A stretch of DNA of 55,419 bases, from contig CAZBIU010000002.1 in NCBI GenBank assembly GCA_964491625.1, positions 1 through 55,419 of the forward strand, written 5' to 3'. The DNA comes from an uncultured Myxococcales bacterium (GTDB taxonomy: Bacteria; Myxococcota_A; Polyangia; Fen-1088). Below are positions 38,301 to 46,149 of this stretch, piece after piece; position 1 is the first letter of the stretch, and the number at the start of each line of letters is the position of its first letter. Both the position numbers and the translations under genes were made by a program. The notes beneath the pieces are model-generated. The model had not been told where the DNA came from, made no database searches, and saw only the letters and a program-made list of their open reading frames with translations.

Positions 38301-38852
38301 GGTGATGGCGAGCGTGTAGCCGTGGTTCTTGATCTTGTCCAGGGCATCCTGATCGGCGGTCAGTTGTCCGACCGTGATGCTGAGATTTCCCTGGGTTCCG
38401 GTCTGCGAGATCTCTTGCAACAGCCCGTTTGTCGCGAGGGTCTCCAGGCTGTCCAAGTGGCTTTGAATCGAGGCCCGCGAATCAGCGACCTTCACCGAGG
38501 TCACGTAGCTTGGCAACGCAACGGAAATACTCGCCTTGGCCGCCGTGATGGCGACCGTTTGTCCCGAGCCCGCTCCCCAGATCGCAAGCGCTGCACCGTC
38601 CTTCTGATACTGGGCGCCCGTCACCGTCATGGCCGTGCTGGTGTCGGTAGTGGAGATCGATGTGATCTTGCCTGCCACCGACTGCAAGGCGTCCAGGTTC
38701 TTGGCGATGTTTTGGACACTATCGGAAATATCGACGGTGGCAGAAGGGTGATGGCGCAACTGGGCCAGAGCGTTCGCCACGGTCAGCGGCCCCGAGCCCG
38801 AGTAGTTGCCATTTGTTCCAGGAGAACCTGTAATGCCGCCTACGTCAGACAT
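35328..38852 (-). CDS. 1174-aa signal-less, Cys-free, acidic Ser/Thr/Ala/Asp-rich tandem-repeat protein, family unknown
   Basis: Start taken at ATG 38850-38852 (MSDVGGITGSPG...). There is no obvious SD, so the start is uncertain. 14 repeats of consensus V.s[IV].V.D[ST]a.n[IL]..N[LWF][DS].L..LG.kLtSI..TD...l.Lt..Q......L.KI.gG.Y.l.vtGvsa..A..la.... Confidence 0.8.
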   Translation of the reverse strand: MSDVGGITGSPGTNGNYSGSGPLTVANALAQLRHHPSATVDISDSVQNIAKNLDALQSVAGKITSISTTDTSTAMTVTGAQYQKDGAALAIWGAGSGQTVAITAAKASISVALPSYVTSVKVADSRASIQSHLDSLETLATNGLLQEISQTGTQGNLSITVGQLTADQDALDKIKNHGYTLAITGASVSDALGPDGSSGLSTNSKVKSIAITDTTDAIASHLDDLQRVGLRIKSISQTDAQNPLSLTGQQYQQDKVVLGKIITSDMLDVIDASATQTRALASDHKVVTVDVQDTAKNLARNWSFLQDLADNLTTVQVTDQNNAIRLTSDQFAASDTLLSKFVDDGQHTYKLAVTNVSAGTATTVAGASHVDTVEVADSGANLVANLDDLETLNGQGKLTSVTVTNSSTPLVMDVSRFQAADMAATQAVLDKVKGGNYKVAIAGAGVADATTLASNKHIVQFQVADSSANIKSGLDALYHLGSRLTSIEQTDVGAAFDLTQTQLDSRASVLAKIRGGYTSNLTGVSAAKAVADATNLHVGQIAVTDTGRNILAKWSALRTLGAELTSITKSDGGAISLSADNYQAGVHDNLVSKFDQNATFAVTGASVGQAQAIAGDTAVTQIDMSDEGSAIEDNLSALETLVGGDNGSKIHSITNQTPTVSLSLDESALSDAQPVLSLIKGGSYKLAVTGVAASDAKTLVTNNHKIATVDVSGDADSIATNLSDLNSLGSKLLSITQTDAPGTMLSLTGAQYEQDAAALAKIQGGYLASLSQVSAAKAATFASDTQVASLAVSDTGANLSSAWGSLAQIGAKLTDVAETDSSALQIGVDDWNNGDALRQKFSTDITAAIQGARVSQVSDLASADEVTSIQVLDSASALTAALGDLAGQSKVTQLVVEDPTVAMEMTAQTYADSAAILGQVKDGQYSVALSDVSAQDATTLASDTHVASMDVSDSSTEIAANFDALASATNLNSISLTDQDETISLTAAQVLNNGDTLSKIDGSYQLEATGAAMADLANLQNIPEVTSISISDSADNVSNNFGDVLALGDTLSQLHLTDDSPMLSLSESDWTTGASALGTIDNLNYQVDVTNAVAGDAQTLAGNATVHSVAVADASSNLASNWDTLVGLYNDGAGKLTGLAITDENPLSLTTAQQTSGATMIAALLPDEDIQTAG
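35331..38744 (-). repeat. 14 tandem diverged coding repeats of ~80 aa (~240 nt) with a three-unit super-period of ~247 aa (~740 nt)
   Basis: Repeat starts at aa 37, 117, 206, 286, 370, 458, 538, 619, 706, 787, 866, 946, 1025 and 1106 (hand count). Units 5/8/11, 6/9/12 and 7/10/13 resemble each other more than their neighbours. Confidence 0.8.
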
Positions 38853-39006
38853 CAAAGGGTACTTCGACACGCAGACGGCCGAAGTTAAGGCCGAATTGGA
38901 CAGACTTGAGAAGAAGCCCCAACCGCCCGCAACGCTTGAGGTTCTTCGGCAGTGCCTCTGCGGATCGTGAATTGCGGACCATCGCGGGTCATGACAACGT
39001 GCACGC

Positions 39007-40614
39007 ATGACCGGTTCGTCTGCAGGCTCTCCCAACAACTGTCCTACCTGTGGTGCGCCGCTCTCCGGCCCGTCCAGCGAGCGTTGCGACTACTGCGGGG
39101 CCAGCCTGCGCTCACCGGCCGCCGATCTCAATCGCAACCTTTCCAGCGCGATGTCAGCGTCACGCAAGGTTTGGCGACGATCGTGGATCTACACCGGCGT
39201 GGTGCTGGGAGCGTCGCTGCTGGTCGGAGTGGTCGGCCAGTTTGGGACCCGCCAAGCGGTTCGGCGCAGCAGCGAAGCGAGCCAGCCGTCCAGTGGAAAC
39301 GGGGCGAGACAGCCGTCGGCGGCGAACCAGAACAAGCCCAAGTCTCACGAGCTGTCTGAGCTACTGGCCACCCTCTCGCCGGCCACGGGCGACCCGAAGG
39401 TTCTGTTTTCGACCACGCCACCTGGCGCCATAGCCCTGCTGGACGCGGCGACCTCCCAGCAGCTTTGGAATGCGACGCCGGCCAGCGAGCGAGTCTCCCC
39501 GGACGCTGTCGTCGTGATTGGCGAACGCATTCTCGTCGTCACCCAGTCGAGCGTAGTCGCCTTGCAGATTCGCGACGGGAGCATCGAATGGCAGGCCTCG
39601 CTGGTGGCCGATTACTCGCAGTTCGGAAATCCTGCCAAGGTTCTGTCCGAGCGATTGCTTGTCCAACTGCGCGACGGAACCACGCAAGCTTTCGACATCA
39701 ACACCGGCAAGACCGTCTGGTCGGTCAAGCAACCCCCACCTTCTACGCAATGGCGTGCCGCCGGCGACGTGCTCGTGGACATCCGGTACAACGGCAAGAA
39801 GAGGAAAAAGCCGCTCGAGGTGTTCGTCAGCGACGTGGCGACGGGGCAGGAGACTCACGTCTTCGCACCACGCTGCTCCACCCACTCGGTCATCCCTGCG
39901 AACGAGCCCAGTCTGTCGGTGCCCGCGCTGCTCAGCGAGGACGGCAGCGACCTCTACCTGTTTTACGGATTCAATCGCTTCTGCATCGATCGCTGGAATC
40001 TGCGATCGGGCAAGCTGGTATGGCAAACCAACCGGAACGACGGGTTCGTCGACTCGTCACCGAGGGAGTTGCGTTTTCTGATGGATGACGAGCGCATCGT
40101 CTACGTCGGCACCGACGGCGTCTACCAGGTTCGTCGGCGCAACGGAGAGGTGACCAAGATCGTCGATCGTGAGCAGAACAAGCTCGTCCCCACCTACCTG
40201 AAGGACAACCTGCTCGTGCTCGCCGCCACGGCTTCCTGGGACAGTTTCGAGTGCAAAAGAGCGAAGACATGTGCGCTCTGGGGCGTGGACCTGGCCAAGC
40301 GTGAGGTGCTTTGGCGGTACACGCTTCCCAAAGTGGGATCCTTCCCGTCGAATTCGGAGAGGTTCGCCGGTGCCTTGTCCGGGGATGCGCTCGCGCTGGT
40401 GGAGGATGGGCAGGCCGGCCAGATCGTTTTCGATCGCATTGACCCGGCGACCGGGGTCAGCAAGCTTCATCGAGAGCCAAAGCCGGCCTCCACCGAGAAG
40501 TATTACTTCGAGGCACCGGAGCTTTCGCTGTCAGGTGGTTTCGTATGGTTCAAAGAGAACGGATTTTCCGCAATCGATCTGGCCTCGGGCTCGATCCGCT
40601 ATCGACTGCGCTGA
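39007..40614 (+). CDS. zinc-ribbon / single-TM / PQQ-like beta-propeller protein
   Basis: 'CPTCGAPLSGPSSERCDYCG' zinc ribbon, TM 'IYTGVVLGASLLVGVVGQF', then repeated '...G...W' blades ('DGSIEWQASL', 'TGKTVWSVKQ', 'SGKLVWQTNR', 'KREVLWRYTL'). Confidence 0.7.
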   Translation: MTGSSAGSPNNCPTCGAPLSGPSSERCDYCGASLRSPAADLNRNLSSAMSASRKVWRRSWIYTGVVLGASLLVGVVGQFGTRQAVRRSSEASQPSSGNGARQPSAANQNKPKSHELSELLATLSPATGDPKVLFSTTPPGAIALLDAATSQQLWNATPASERVSPDAVVVIGERILVVTQSSVVALQIRDGSIEWQASLVADYSQFGNPAKVLSERLLVQLRDGTTQAFDINTGKTVWSVKQPPPSTQWRAAGDVLVDIRYNGKKRKKPLEVFVSDVATGQETHVFAPRCSTHSVIPANEPSLSVPALLSEDGSDLYLFYGFNRFCIDRWNLRSGKLVWQTNRNDGFVDSSPRELRFLMDDERIVYVGTDGVYQVRRRNGEVTKIVDREQNKLVPTYLKDNLLVLAATASWDSFECKRAKTCALWGVDLAKREVLWRYTLPKVGSFPSNSERFAGALSGDALALVEDGQAGQIVFDRIDPATGVSKLHREPKPASTEKYYFEAPELSLSGGFVWFKENGFSAIDLASGSIRYRLR

Positions 40615-40661
40615 ACCCCGCGATGGCATCCACTATTCCCGCCGACTGGAGGTAATCGCAC

Positions 40662-41072
40662 ATGAACCCAAAGACCAAGCTCGTTCTCCTCGGCTCGGCC
40701 GCGTTTCTCATCGCGGCGGTGCTGTACGGGCAGTTGTCGATGTCCTCGTCCAAACCGGGGACGCCTTTCACCGCGGACGGGGAGGTGGTGTCCCGCGTCT
40801 TTGAGCCCGAGCACGATGCCGTGCCGAGACCGTACACCAAGCAGCAGCTCGGTCACGCCCAGGCGTGGGCCAAAGTCGGGGCCCGGTACCTCATCAACGT
40901 CAAGCTGGACAGTGGCGAGATGCTGACGGGAGACTGCGCGCCTCAAGCGGTCGACCAGTATCCCGTCGGACAGCGCGTGCGCATCCAAGGCGAGCGTAAC
41001 GCCCCCACCTTGTTCGGAAAGGGGATCATTATCCACTCGATGTTGCCCGTCGGTGCGAGCGGCGCGAGGTGA
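40662..41072 (+). CDS. small N-terminally anchored hypothetical protein
   Basis: 'LVLLGSAAFLIAAVLYGQL' anchor, 136 aa, on the same strand 47 nt after the propeller gene. Confidence 0.5.
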   Translation: MNPKTKLVLLGSAAFLIAAVLYGQLSMSSSKPGTPFTADGEVVSRVFEPEHDAVPRPYTKQQLGHAQAWAKVGARYLINVKLDSGEMLTGDCAPQAVDQYPVGQRVRIQGERNAPTLFGKGIIIHSMLPVGASGAR

Positions 41073-41088
41073 CGGAGGCTCTACGCAC

Positions 41089-41107
41089 GCGTCGGCAATC
41101 CCGACGC
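41089..41107. terminator. weak GC-rich hairpin (7-bp stem GCGTCGG / CCGACGC, 5-nt loop) between convergent genes
   Basis: Read from the sequence. There is no U-tract, so terminator function is doubtful. Confidence 0.25.
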
Positions 41108-41245
41108 CGCTCAATCCTCGATCGGGATCAAGAGCCCCTTGTCCTTGTTCGGTCTTGAGGAGAAGGTCCTTATGAGCACACGGCCAGTTCCCTTGCTTCT
41201 TCGGCGCTTACCGTTCGTCTTTGAGCGAGAGCCGGTGATATCGGG

Positions 41246-41773
41246 CTAGTCTTCGAAGCGTAGCCGAGCTGTTCCCGCCACCGGAAGCATGGGCACGCCG
41301 GCACGCTCAAGCGCTTTCGCTCCGTCCGAGAAGCGGTGACTCCTCACGGGCGCAGTCGCCCCAGTCTGGGGGTTGACGGCAGTGACGCCAGTGCGAGTTG
41401 CGGCGATTATCCGCCTGGAGAGCTTCCTCCATATGCCAAGGACGGCCTTGTCAGAAGTGCGGGCGGTAATTCCGGATTCCTGGAGACCAGCGTCGACCCT
41501 TCGGCCGATGTCGAGCAGGAGTGCGCTCGGGTTTCGATCCAAGAAGCCCATCATGCCATTGCCCCGCAGCACCGGCCGCTTGATTGTGAACGCAAGACGC
41601 TCCACATCGGTTTGATGTAGCACCAATACAAGAGCCTGGTTCTCCACGGGGATGACTTTGAACGGCTCGTACTTGATGGCAGAGACAAAGATCCGAGCGT
41701 CCTGGACGAAGTCCTGCACCAGCAAAAGGAGCTCGTCGGGAGTAGCGTGAAATTGAATTGAGATGTCGGACAT
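41246..41773 (-). CDS. candidate immunity protein for the Rhs C-terminal toxin (cytoplasmic, family unknown)
   Basis: 175-aa ORF starting 21 nt after the Rhs stop on the same strand. No signal peptide. Visibly AT-richer than its surroundings. Confidence 0.6.
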   Translation of the reverse strand: MSDISIQFHATPDELLLLVQDFVQDARIFVSAIKYEPFKVIPVENQALVLVLHQTDVERLAFTIKRPVLRGNGMMGFLDRNPSALLLDIGRRVDAGLQESGITARTSDKAVLGIWRKLSRRIIAATRTGVTAVNPQTGATAPVRSHRFSDGAKALERAGVPMLPVAGTARLRFED

Positions 41774-41794
41774 TTCTTTTCGAGCACCTGATTC

Positions 41795-44700
41795 TTAGTT
41801 GTTGTAAGCAACGAAGTCCGTTGGGAGTCCACCCGGACCATTCAGGTCCGCCAAAGCAGTCCGTTCGCGTGTTACTGGCTGCCCACTGGCGTCAACCTTA
41901 CCAACGTTTCGCCCACGGAGCTCGCCTTTCTTTGTCCGGTACAGGATGTCCGGTCGGCGGCCATCCTTCTGTCCGCCAGGCGTGGGGATGAGCTTTTCCT
42001 TCGCACGCCCGCCGCCAGCGAGAATGGTGTTTCCCTTTCTCTGGAGCTTGTTCGCCTCTGCGCGAATCTTGGCGTTGTGGGGTGCCTTGGGATCCGTCTT
42101 CGGCCCACGCTTTTTCCCCTTCCCACCCTTCTTTGCGTCCTCCTTGTTCTTGCCCTTGGCGTCCTTCTTGGCCTTCTTTGCCGCCTTCTTCGCGGCCTTC
42201 GCTCGCGGACACGCCTTCAGGCCATCCAGATCCACCGCCCGCAGTGGATTCTCGGTATAGGCGTATAGGTTGAGACTGCCCTCGGTGCCTGCGGGATCGG
42301 ATTGCAGATAGCGGCCGAGCTCGGGGCTGTAGGTTCGGAAGCGGTTGTCGTGTAGGCCCGTTTCGGAGTCGTAGTAGTGCCCTGGCCAGCGTAGTGGCTG
42401 GTGGAAATCTGCGCCCACGTCGATCTGGGCCGTGCCGTACGGGTCTATACGCGCGCGCCAGACAGCACGGCCGGCGTCGTCCAGCACCAGCTCGGGACAG
42501 CCGAGGTGGTCGGTATGGATGTGATAGCGCTTGCCGGTGGCCGGGTCGGCATCAACGCTCTCATACTCCAGGAACAGGATTGGTACCAGGGCCGCGGCGT
42601 CCGGGTAAACGTACACGCGCAGCCGGCCGTCGGGGAAGATCTCTGCGGCCAGGCGATCGGTATCCCAGTAGTACTGCCAGGTCTGGCCGCTGATGGTCTT
42701 CCGGGTCCGACGACCCAGACCGTCGTGAACCGCCCGGTAGCTGATGCCCGGCCCATCGATCGCGTTTAGTAGGTCGCGCGAATCGTAGGTGTACTTGGTG
42801 GTGCCCGCGCGACCTCGGCGTTGCGAGAGGTTGTCACGCTCGTCGTAGCTGAACTGGTCGTCGTTGGCCTCCAGCAGACGGTTGCCTGTCTGCATGCGTG
42901 CGGAGAGACCTGGGGCCTTGAGCAAGTTGCCCGCCCGGTCGTAGGCGTATTCATGGGCCGTGCCGTCCCACAAGCGCACCTTCGACAGCCGGTGTACTTC
43001 GTCGTGCTCGAAGATCGTGGTTCCGCGGAGGCTGTCATCGCGTTGGACCAGATCGCCTTCACCCGAGTACGCGAAACGCCGAGCCCACCCACCAGTCTTC
43101 CTTAGGCCGGGGCCTTCTGCGGCCTTGAGCAGACAACGTCCGCTGGGGTCGTAGTGGCTCAGCTCTTCGACGTCGTTGGAGCAAGCCCGTTCGACCAGGC
43201 CCGGCCCGCGCAGGTGCAGGCGCTGGGTCTGACCTCCCGGGTCCAGTACCACGGTCGTGGTGTCGTCGGTCTGGATGTACCTGGTGACGAATCTCCCGAG
43301 GACGCTGGTTTCGGCAAGGCGATCCGCCTCGAAGCGGTGGCGCGCGCCTTTGCCATCGCGTTCGTCCGCCGTGCGCTGGCCCTGGTCATCGTAGGCAAAG
43401 GTGACGGTGCCAGCCTGATTCTTGGCCTGGGCCAGCCGGCCGTTGGGTAGGTATTTGAAGTCCTCCACATCGCCAGAGCCCAAGAGGCGCTGTGCGATCT
43501 CATTGCCCTTGGTGATGGCCAGCTTGAGCAGCAAGCGCCCCTGGCCGTCGCGCTTTTCGGTAAGGTTATCGGCGGCGTCATAGACGTATCTCTCACGCAC
43601 CTTGCCGTGGCGACGTACTTCGACCAGGCGGTCCTTGAGGTCGTAGCTGTACTCGCTGCGGGTGCCGCCCGGATCGACGATGGCCGAGACCTCTTCGCTC
43701 TTGGTGTATGCGTATTCGGTAACGCTGCCTTGGCCGTCGATCTCGCGCAGTAGGAAGTTCCAAGACCCGTTTTCGTAGCGCGTGGTGCGGCCGTCGAAGT
43801 CGGTGTACCAGCGCTCGAAGCCGTTCTGGTCGTAGCCCCAACGCCGGCTCTTGCCGTCTTTGCGTTCCTCGCGAAGTAGTAGCCCCTGGACGTCCCTGAC
43901 CTTGGTGGGATCGGGCAGCGCGGCGCTCGGGTTGGGTCCCCACAGGTCGACCACCCAATGGGGCAACCAACGTTCCAGGGGCACGTCCGCGGGAACAACC
44001 TCGATGGGACCAGGCCATTCGCCGTGCTCCCATTCCACCGGGGTATCCGGCAGCTCGTGCGACAGCGGGTGCGGGGGAGGATTCTCTTGTTCTTCTAGCA
44101 GCTCCGGGTAGCCGAACGGGTCCAGCTTGGCGTAGGGCAGGTCGCCTTCGTCGTAGAGGATCTCGCTCTCGTTGCCGTTGGGATCCACCTCCTTCACAAC
44201 CCGCCCGTCCTCGTCCTTCAGATAGGCAGTCACCCCGCCGCATGGATCGATGATCTGGACCAGCTCTTTCTGGTCGTCGTAGTAGTAGCTGGTGACCGCG
44301 CCATCGCCGCGGGTGACCACAGTCAGGTGCTCTTCCACCTTGAATTCGAGGCGAAATTCCTCTACGCCGTCCTCGCCCCAGGTGTGGATGCAACGCCCGT
44401 CCTTGTCGTATTCGAAGAAGAAGCTGTAGCCGCGTCGGTCGATGGTTTGAATGACACGGTTGCTGTCGTCGTAGACATAGCGAAGGACGCCGCCGTAGGC
44501 GTTCTCGATCTCGATCAGGCGTCCCTCGCGGTCGTAACCGTAGCGAACAAGACGGTGCTTGTTGGTCGAGCCGGCCTCCAGCAGCACAGCGCCAGCGAGG
44601 TGCGTGCCGGCGTACTCGAACACCACGCGCTTGCTCACGTCGACTTGGATTGCGGCCAGCAGCCCCTTGTCGTACTGCAAGCGTAGGGGCGGGCGCGGGT

Positions 44701-45148
44701 CGTCCTCCTCATAGAAGATCCTGGTCGGTCGGGCGACCGGCTCCCGGTCGAAGCGGAACTCCAGGCTCGGGGCATCGCCCGGGGGATGGATTCGGAAGGT
44801 GGTGGAGCTGACCCGTTCCAGCTCGTGCCCACTGCGCATGCAGCAGTCGCGGTCGGCGGCAGGGAACGGGAACTGGATGTTGTCGGCCTCGGGGCCGGCG
44901 AAGGTCAGGCCGTCCAGGTCGAAGCGGAGCTCGAAGTCGAGCGAGAACCAGAACCCATGCCCGACGCCACGATCGATCTGGTTGCGATTGCTATCGTAGT
45001 AGCGAGCGCCGGCAAGGAAGATATGCGCTCCCTGAAGCTGGAAATCCGTCACGACCGACGTCTGCGCACCGGTCACGACGTCCACGGGATCGCCCACCAG
45101 GTGGAGGCTGTCCTTCCATGGCAGGCTGCCGCAACACTTGGTGGTCAT
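41795..45148 (-). CDS. Rhs-family T6SS effector: DUF6531-like N-terminus, YD-repeat shell, core with DLDGL cleavage motif, 140-aa unknown C-terminal toxin
   Basis: Start ATG 45146-45148 (MTTKCCGSLPW..VGDPVDVVTGAQ). YD repeats ('YGYDREGRLIEIENAYGGVLRYVYDDSNRV'). Core end 'RFRTYSPELGRYLQSDPAGTEGSLNLYAYTENPLRAVDLDGL'. The longer ORF N-terminus is shadow. Confidence 0.9.
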   Translation of the reverse strand: MTTKCCGSLPWKDSLHLVGDPVDVVTGAQTSVVTDFQLQGAHIFLAGARYYDSNRNQIDRGVGHGFWFSLDFELRFDLDGLTFAGPEADNIQFPFPAADRDCCMRSGHELERVSSTTFRIHPPGDAPSLEFRFDREPVARPTRIFYEEDDPRPPLRLQYDKGLLAAIQVDVSKRVVFEYAGTHLAGAVLLEAGSTNKHRLVRYGYDREGRLIEIENAYGGVLRYVYDDSNRVIQTIDRRGYSFFFEYDKDGRCIHTWGEDGVEEFRLEFKVEEHLTVVTRGDGAVTSYYYDDQKELVQIIDPCGGVTAYLKDEDGRVVKEVDPNGNESEILYDEGDLPYAKLDPFGYPELLEEQENPPPHPLSHELPDTPVEWEHGEWPGPIEVVPADVPLERWLPHWVVDLWGPNPSAALPDPTKVRDVQGLLLREERKDGKSRRWGYDQNGFERWYTDFDGRTTRYENGSWNFLLREIDGQGSVTEYAYTKSEEVSAIVDPGGTRSEYSYDLKDRLVEVRRHGKVRERYVYDAADNLTEKRDGQGRLLLKLAITKGNEIAQRLLGSGDVEDFKYLPNGRLAQAKNQAGTVTFAYDDQGQRTADERDGKGARHRFEADRLAETSVLGRFVTRYIQTDDTTTVVLDPGGQTQRLHLRGPGLVERACSNDVEELSHYDPSGRCLLKAAEGPGLRKTGGWARRFAYSGEGDLVQRDDSLRGTTIFEHDEVHRLSKVRLWDGTAHEYAYDRAGNLLKAPGLSARMQTGNRLLEANDDQFSYDERDNLSQRRGRAGTTKYTYDSRDLLNAIDGPGISYRAVHDGLGRRTRKTISGQTWQYYWDTDRLAAEIFPDGRLRVYVYPDAAALVPILFLEYESVDADPATGKRYHIHTDHLGCPELVLDDAGRAVWRARIDPYGTAQIDVGADFHQPLRWPGHYYDSETGLHDNRFRTYSPELGRYLQSDPAGTEGSLNLYAYTENPLRAVDLDGLKACPRAKAAKKAAKKAKKDAKGKNKEDAKKGGKGKKRGPKTDPKAPHNAKIRAEANKLQRKGNTILAGGGRAKEKLIPTPGGQKDGRRPDILYRTKKGELRGRNVGKVDASGQPVTRERTALADLNGPGGLPTDFVAYNN

Positions 45149-46149
45149 CACGACTCTCCCGCCGGGGCCGGAGGGGGGGGCGGACACCCACAGTCCCCGC
45201 CGACTCCCTTCTTGTTGCCGCCACCGCCCTTGCCGCTCAACTTTTTCGCCAGCCCCTTCAGCTTGTTCTTCAGCCACTTCGCGATGGCGTCGGTGGCGGG
45301 CACGGGCACGCCGGCGACCAGCACGGTGGGCGCGCCCATCATCACGAAGCCGGGCAGCTTGGGCGGAATCGCCGGGTCCGAGCCCATCATGGCACTGAGC
45401 GCGGCGGCGATGGCGTCGGCCACGGTTTGCGCCGCGGTCATGGACGCTGCCAGCACCTGGGCCGCTGCCATGGCCGCGGCGCCTTCCGTCTGGCTCGCGG
45501 CGGTGTCGGCCGCGCCCTCGAGCCCCTCGACCAGATCGATGCCGGCGCTGAGCAGCGCCAGCGCGCCCATCGGGCTGCGCGGCTTGCCCGGCGAGCACAC
45601 CGTGCACATGTCGGTCATGCGCGCGGCTCGGGCACCGCCGATGAAGACCTTCGACGATCCCAAGAACACCGTAAAATACGGCGCAAGGCCACCGCAGGTA
45701 GGCGCCATGCCCAAATCGCCCACGCGCGCTGCGGGCATGCCGCCCACCAGAACCCGCACGCAGGTTCCCAGGGTGATGGCGCCCATGCTGGGCAGGGGCA
45801 CGGGCGGCGCGGGGGGAATCAAGCTCGGCGGATGGGCGTGTGCGTGGGGCGCGCCGACGTAGAGCGAACCCAACTGCGCGGCCGGGAACGACGGCAAGAT
45901 GGCCGCAATGGCGTTGGTGGCCACCGCGACGCCGGTCTCGACCAGGTTGGTGTACATCTTCTCGGGCAGGCCCTTCACGGCGTCGATGGCGCCCGATACT
46001 TTTTTCACCGCTCCAATCGGATCCTTCAGGATCTCTTGCGGATGGGTTACCACATCGGCGGCAGCGCTGACCGAATCGGTGGTCGACTTGATGGTCGATT
46101 CCACCGTCTGGCCGAGAGCCGTGAGTCCAGAGTCGACGTAGCCACTCAT
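45148..46149 (-). CDS. PAAR-domain protein with helical N-terminal region and Ala-rich hydrophobic insertion
   Basis: 'HAHAHPP...VLVGGMPAARVGD', 'VFIGGARAARMTD' and, ~85 aa later, 'VLVAGVPVPATD'. The TGA overlaps the Rhs ATG by 1 nt (TGATG). Confidence 0.8.
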   Translation of the reverse strand: MSGYVDSGLTALGQTVESTIKSTTDSVSAAADVVTHPQEILKDPIGAVKKVSGAIDAVKGLPEKMYTNLVETGVAVATNAIAAILPSFPAAQLGSLYVGAPHAHAHPPSLIPPAPPVPLPSMGAITLGTCVRVLVGGMPAARVGDLGMAPTCGGLAPYFTVFLGSSKVFIGGARAARMTDMCTVCSPGKPRSPMGALALLSAGIDLVEGLEGAADTAASQTEGAAAMAAAQVLAASMTAAQTVADAIAAALSAMMGSDPAIPPKLPGFVMMGAPTVLVAGVPVPATDAIAKWLKNKLKGLAKKLSGKGGGGNKKGVGGDCGCPPPPPAPAGES

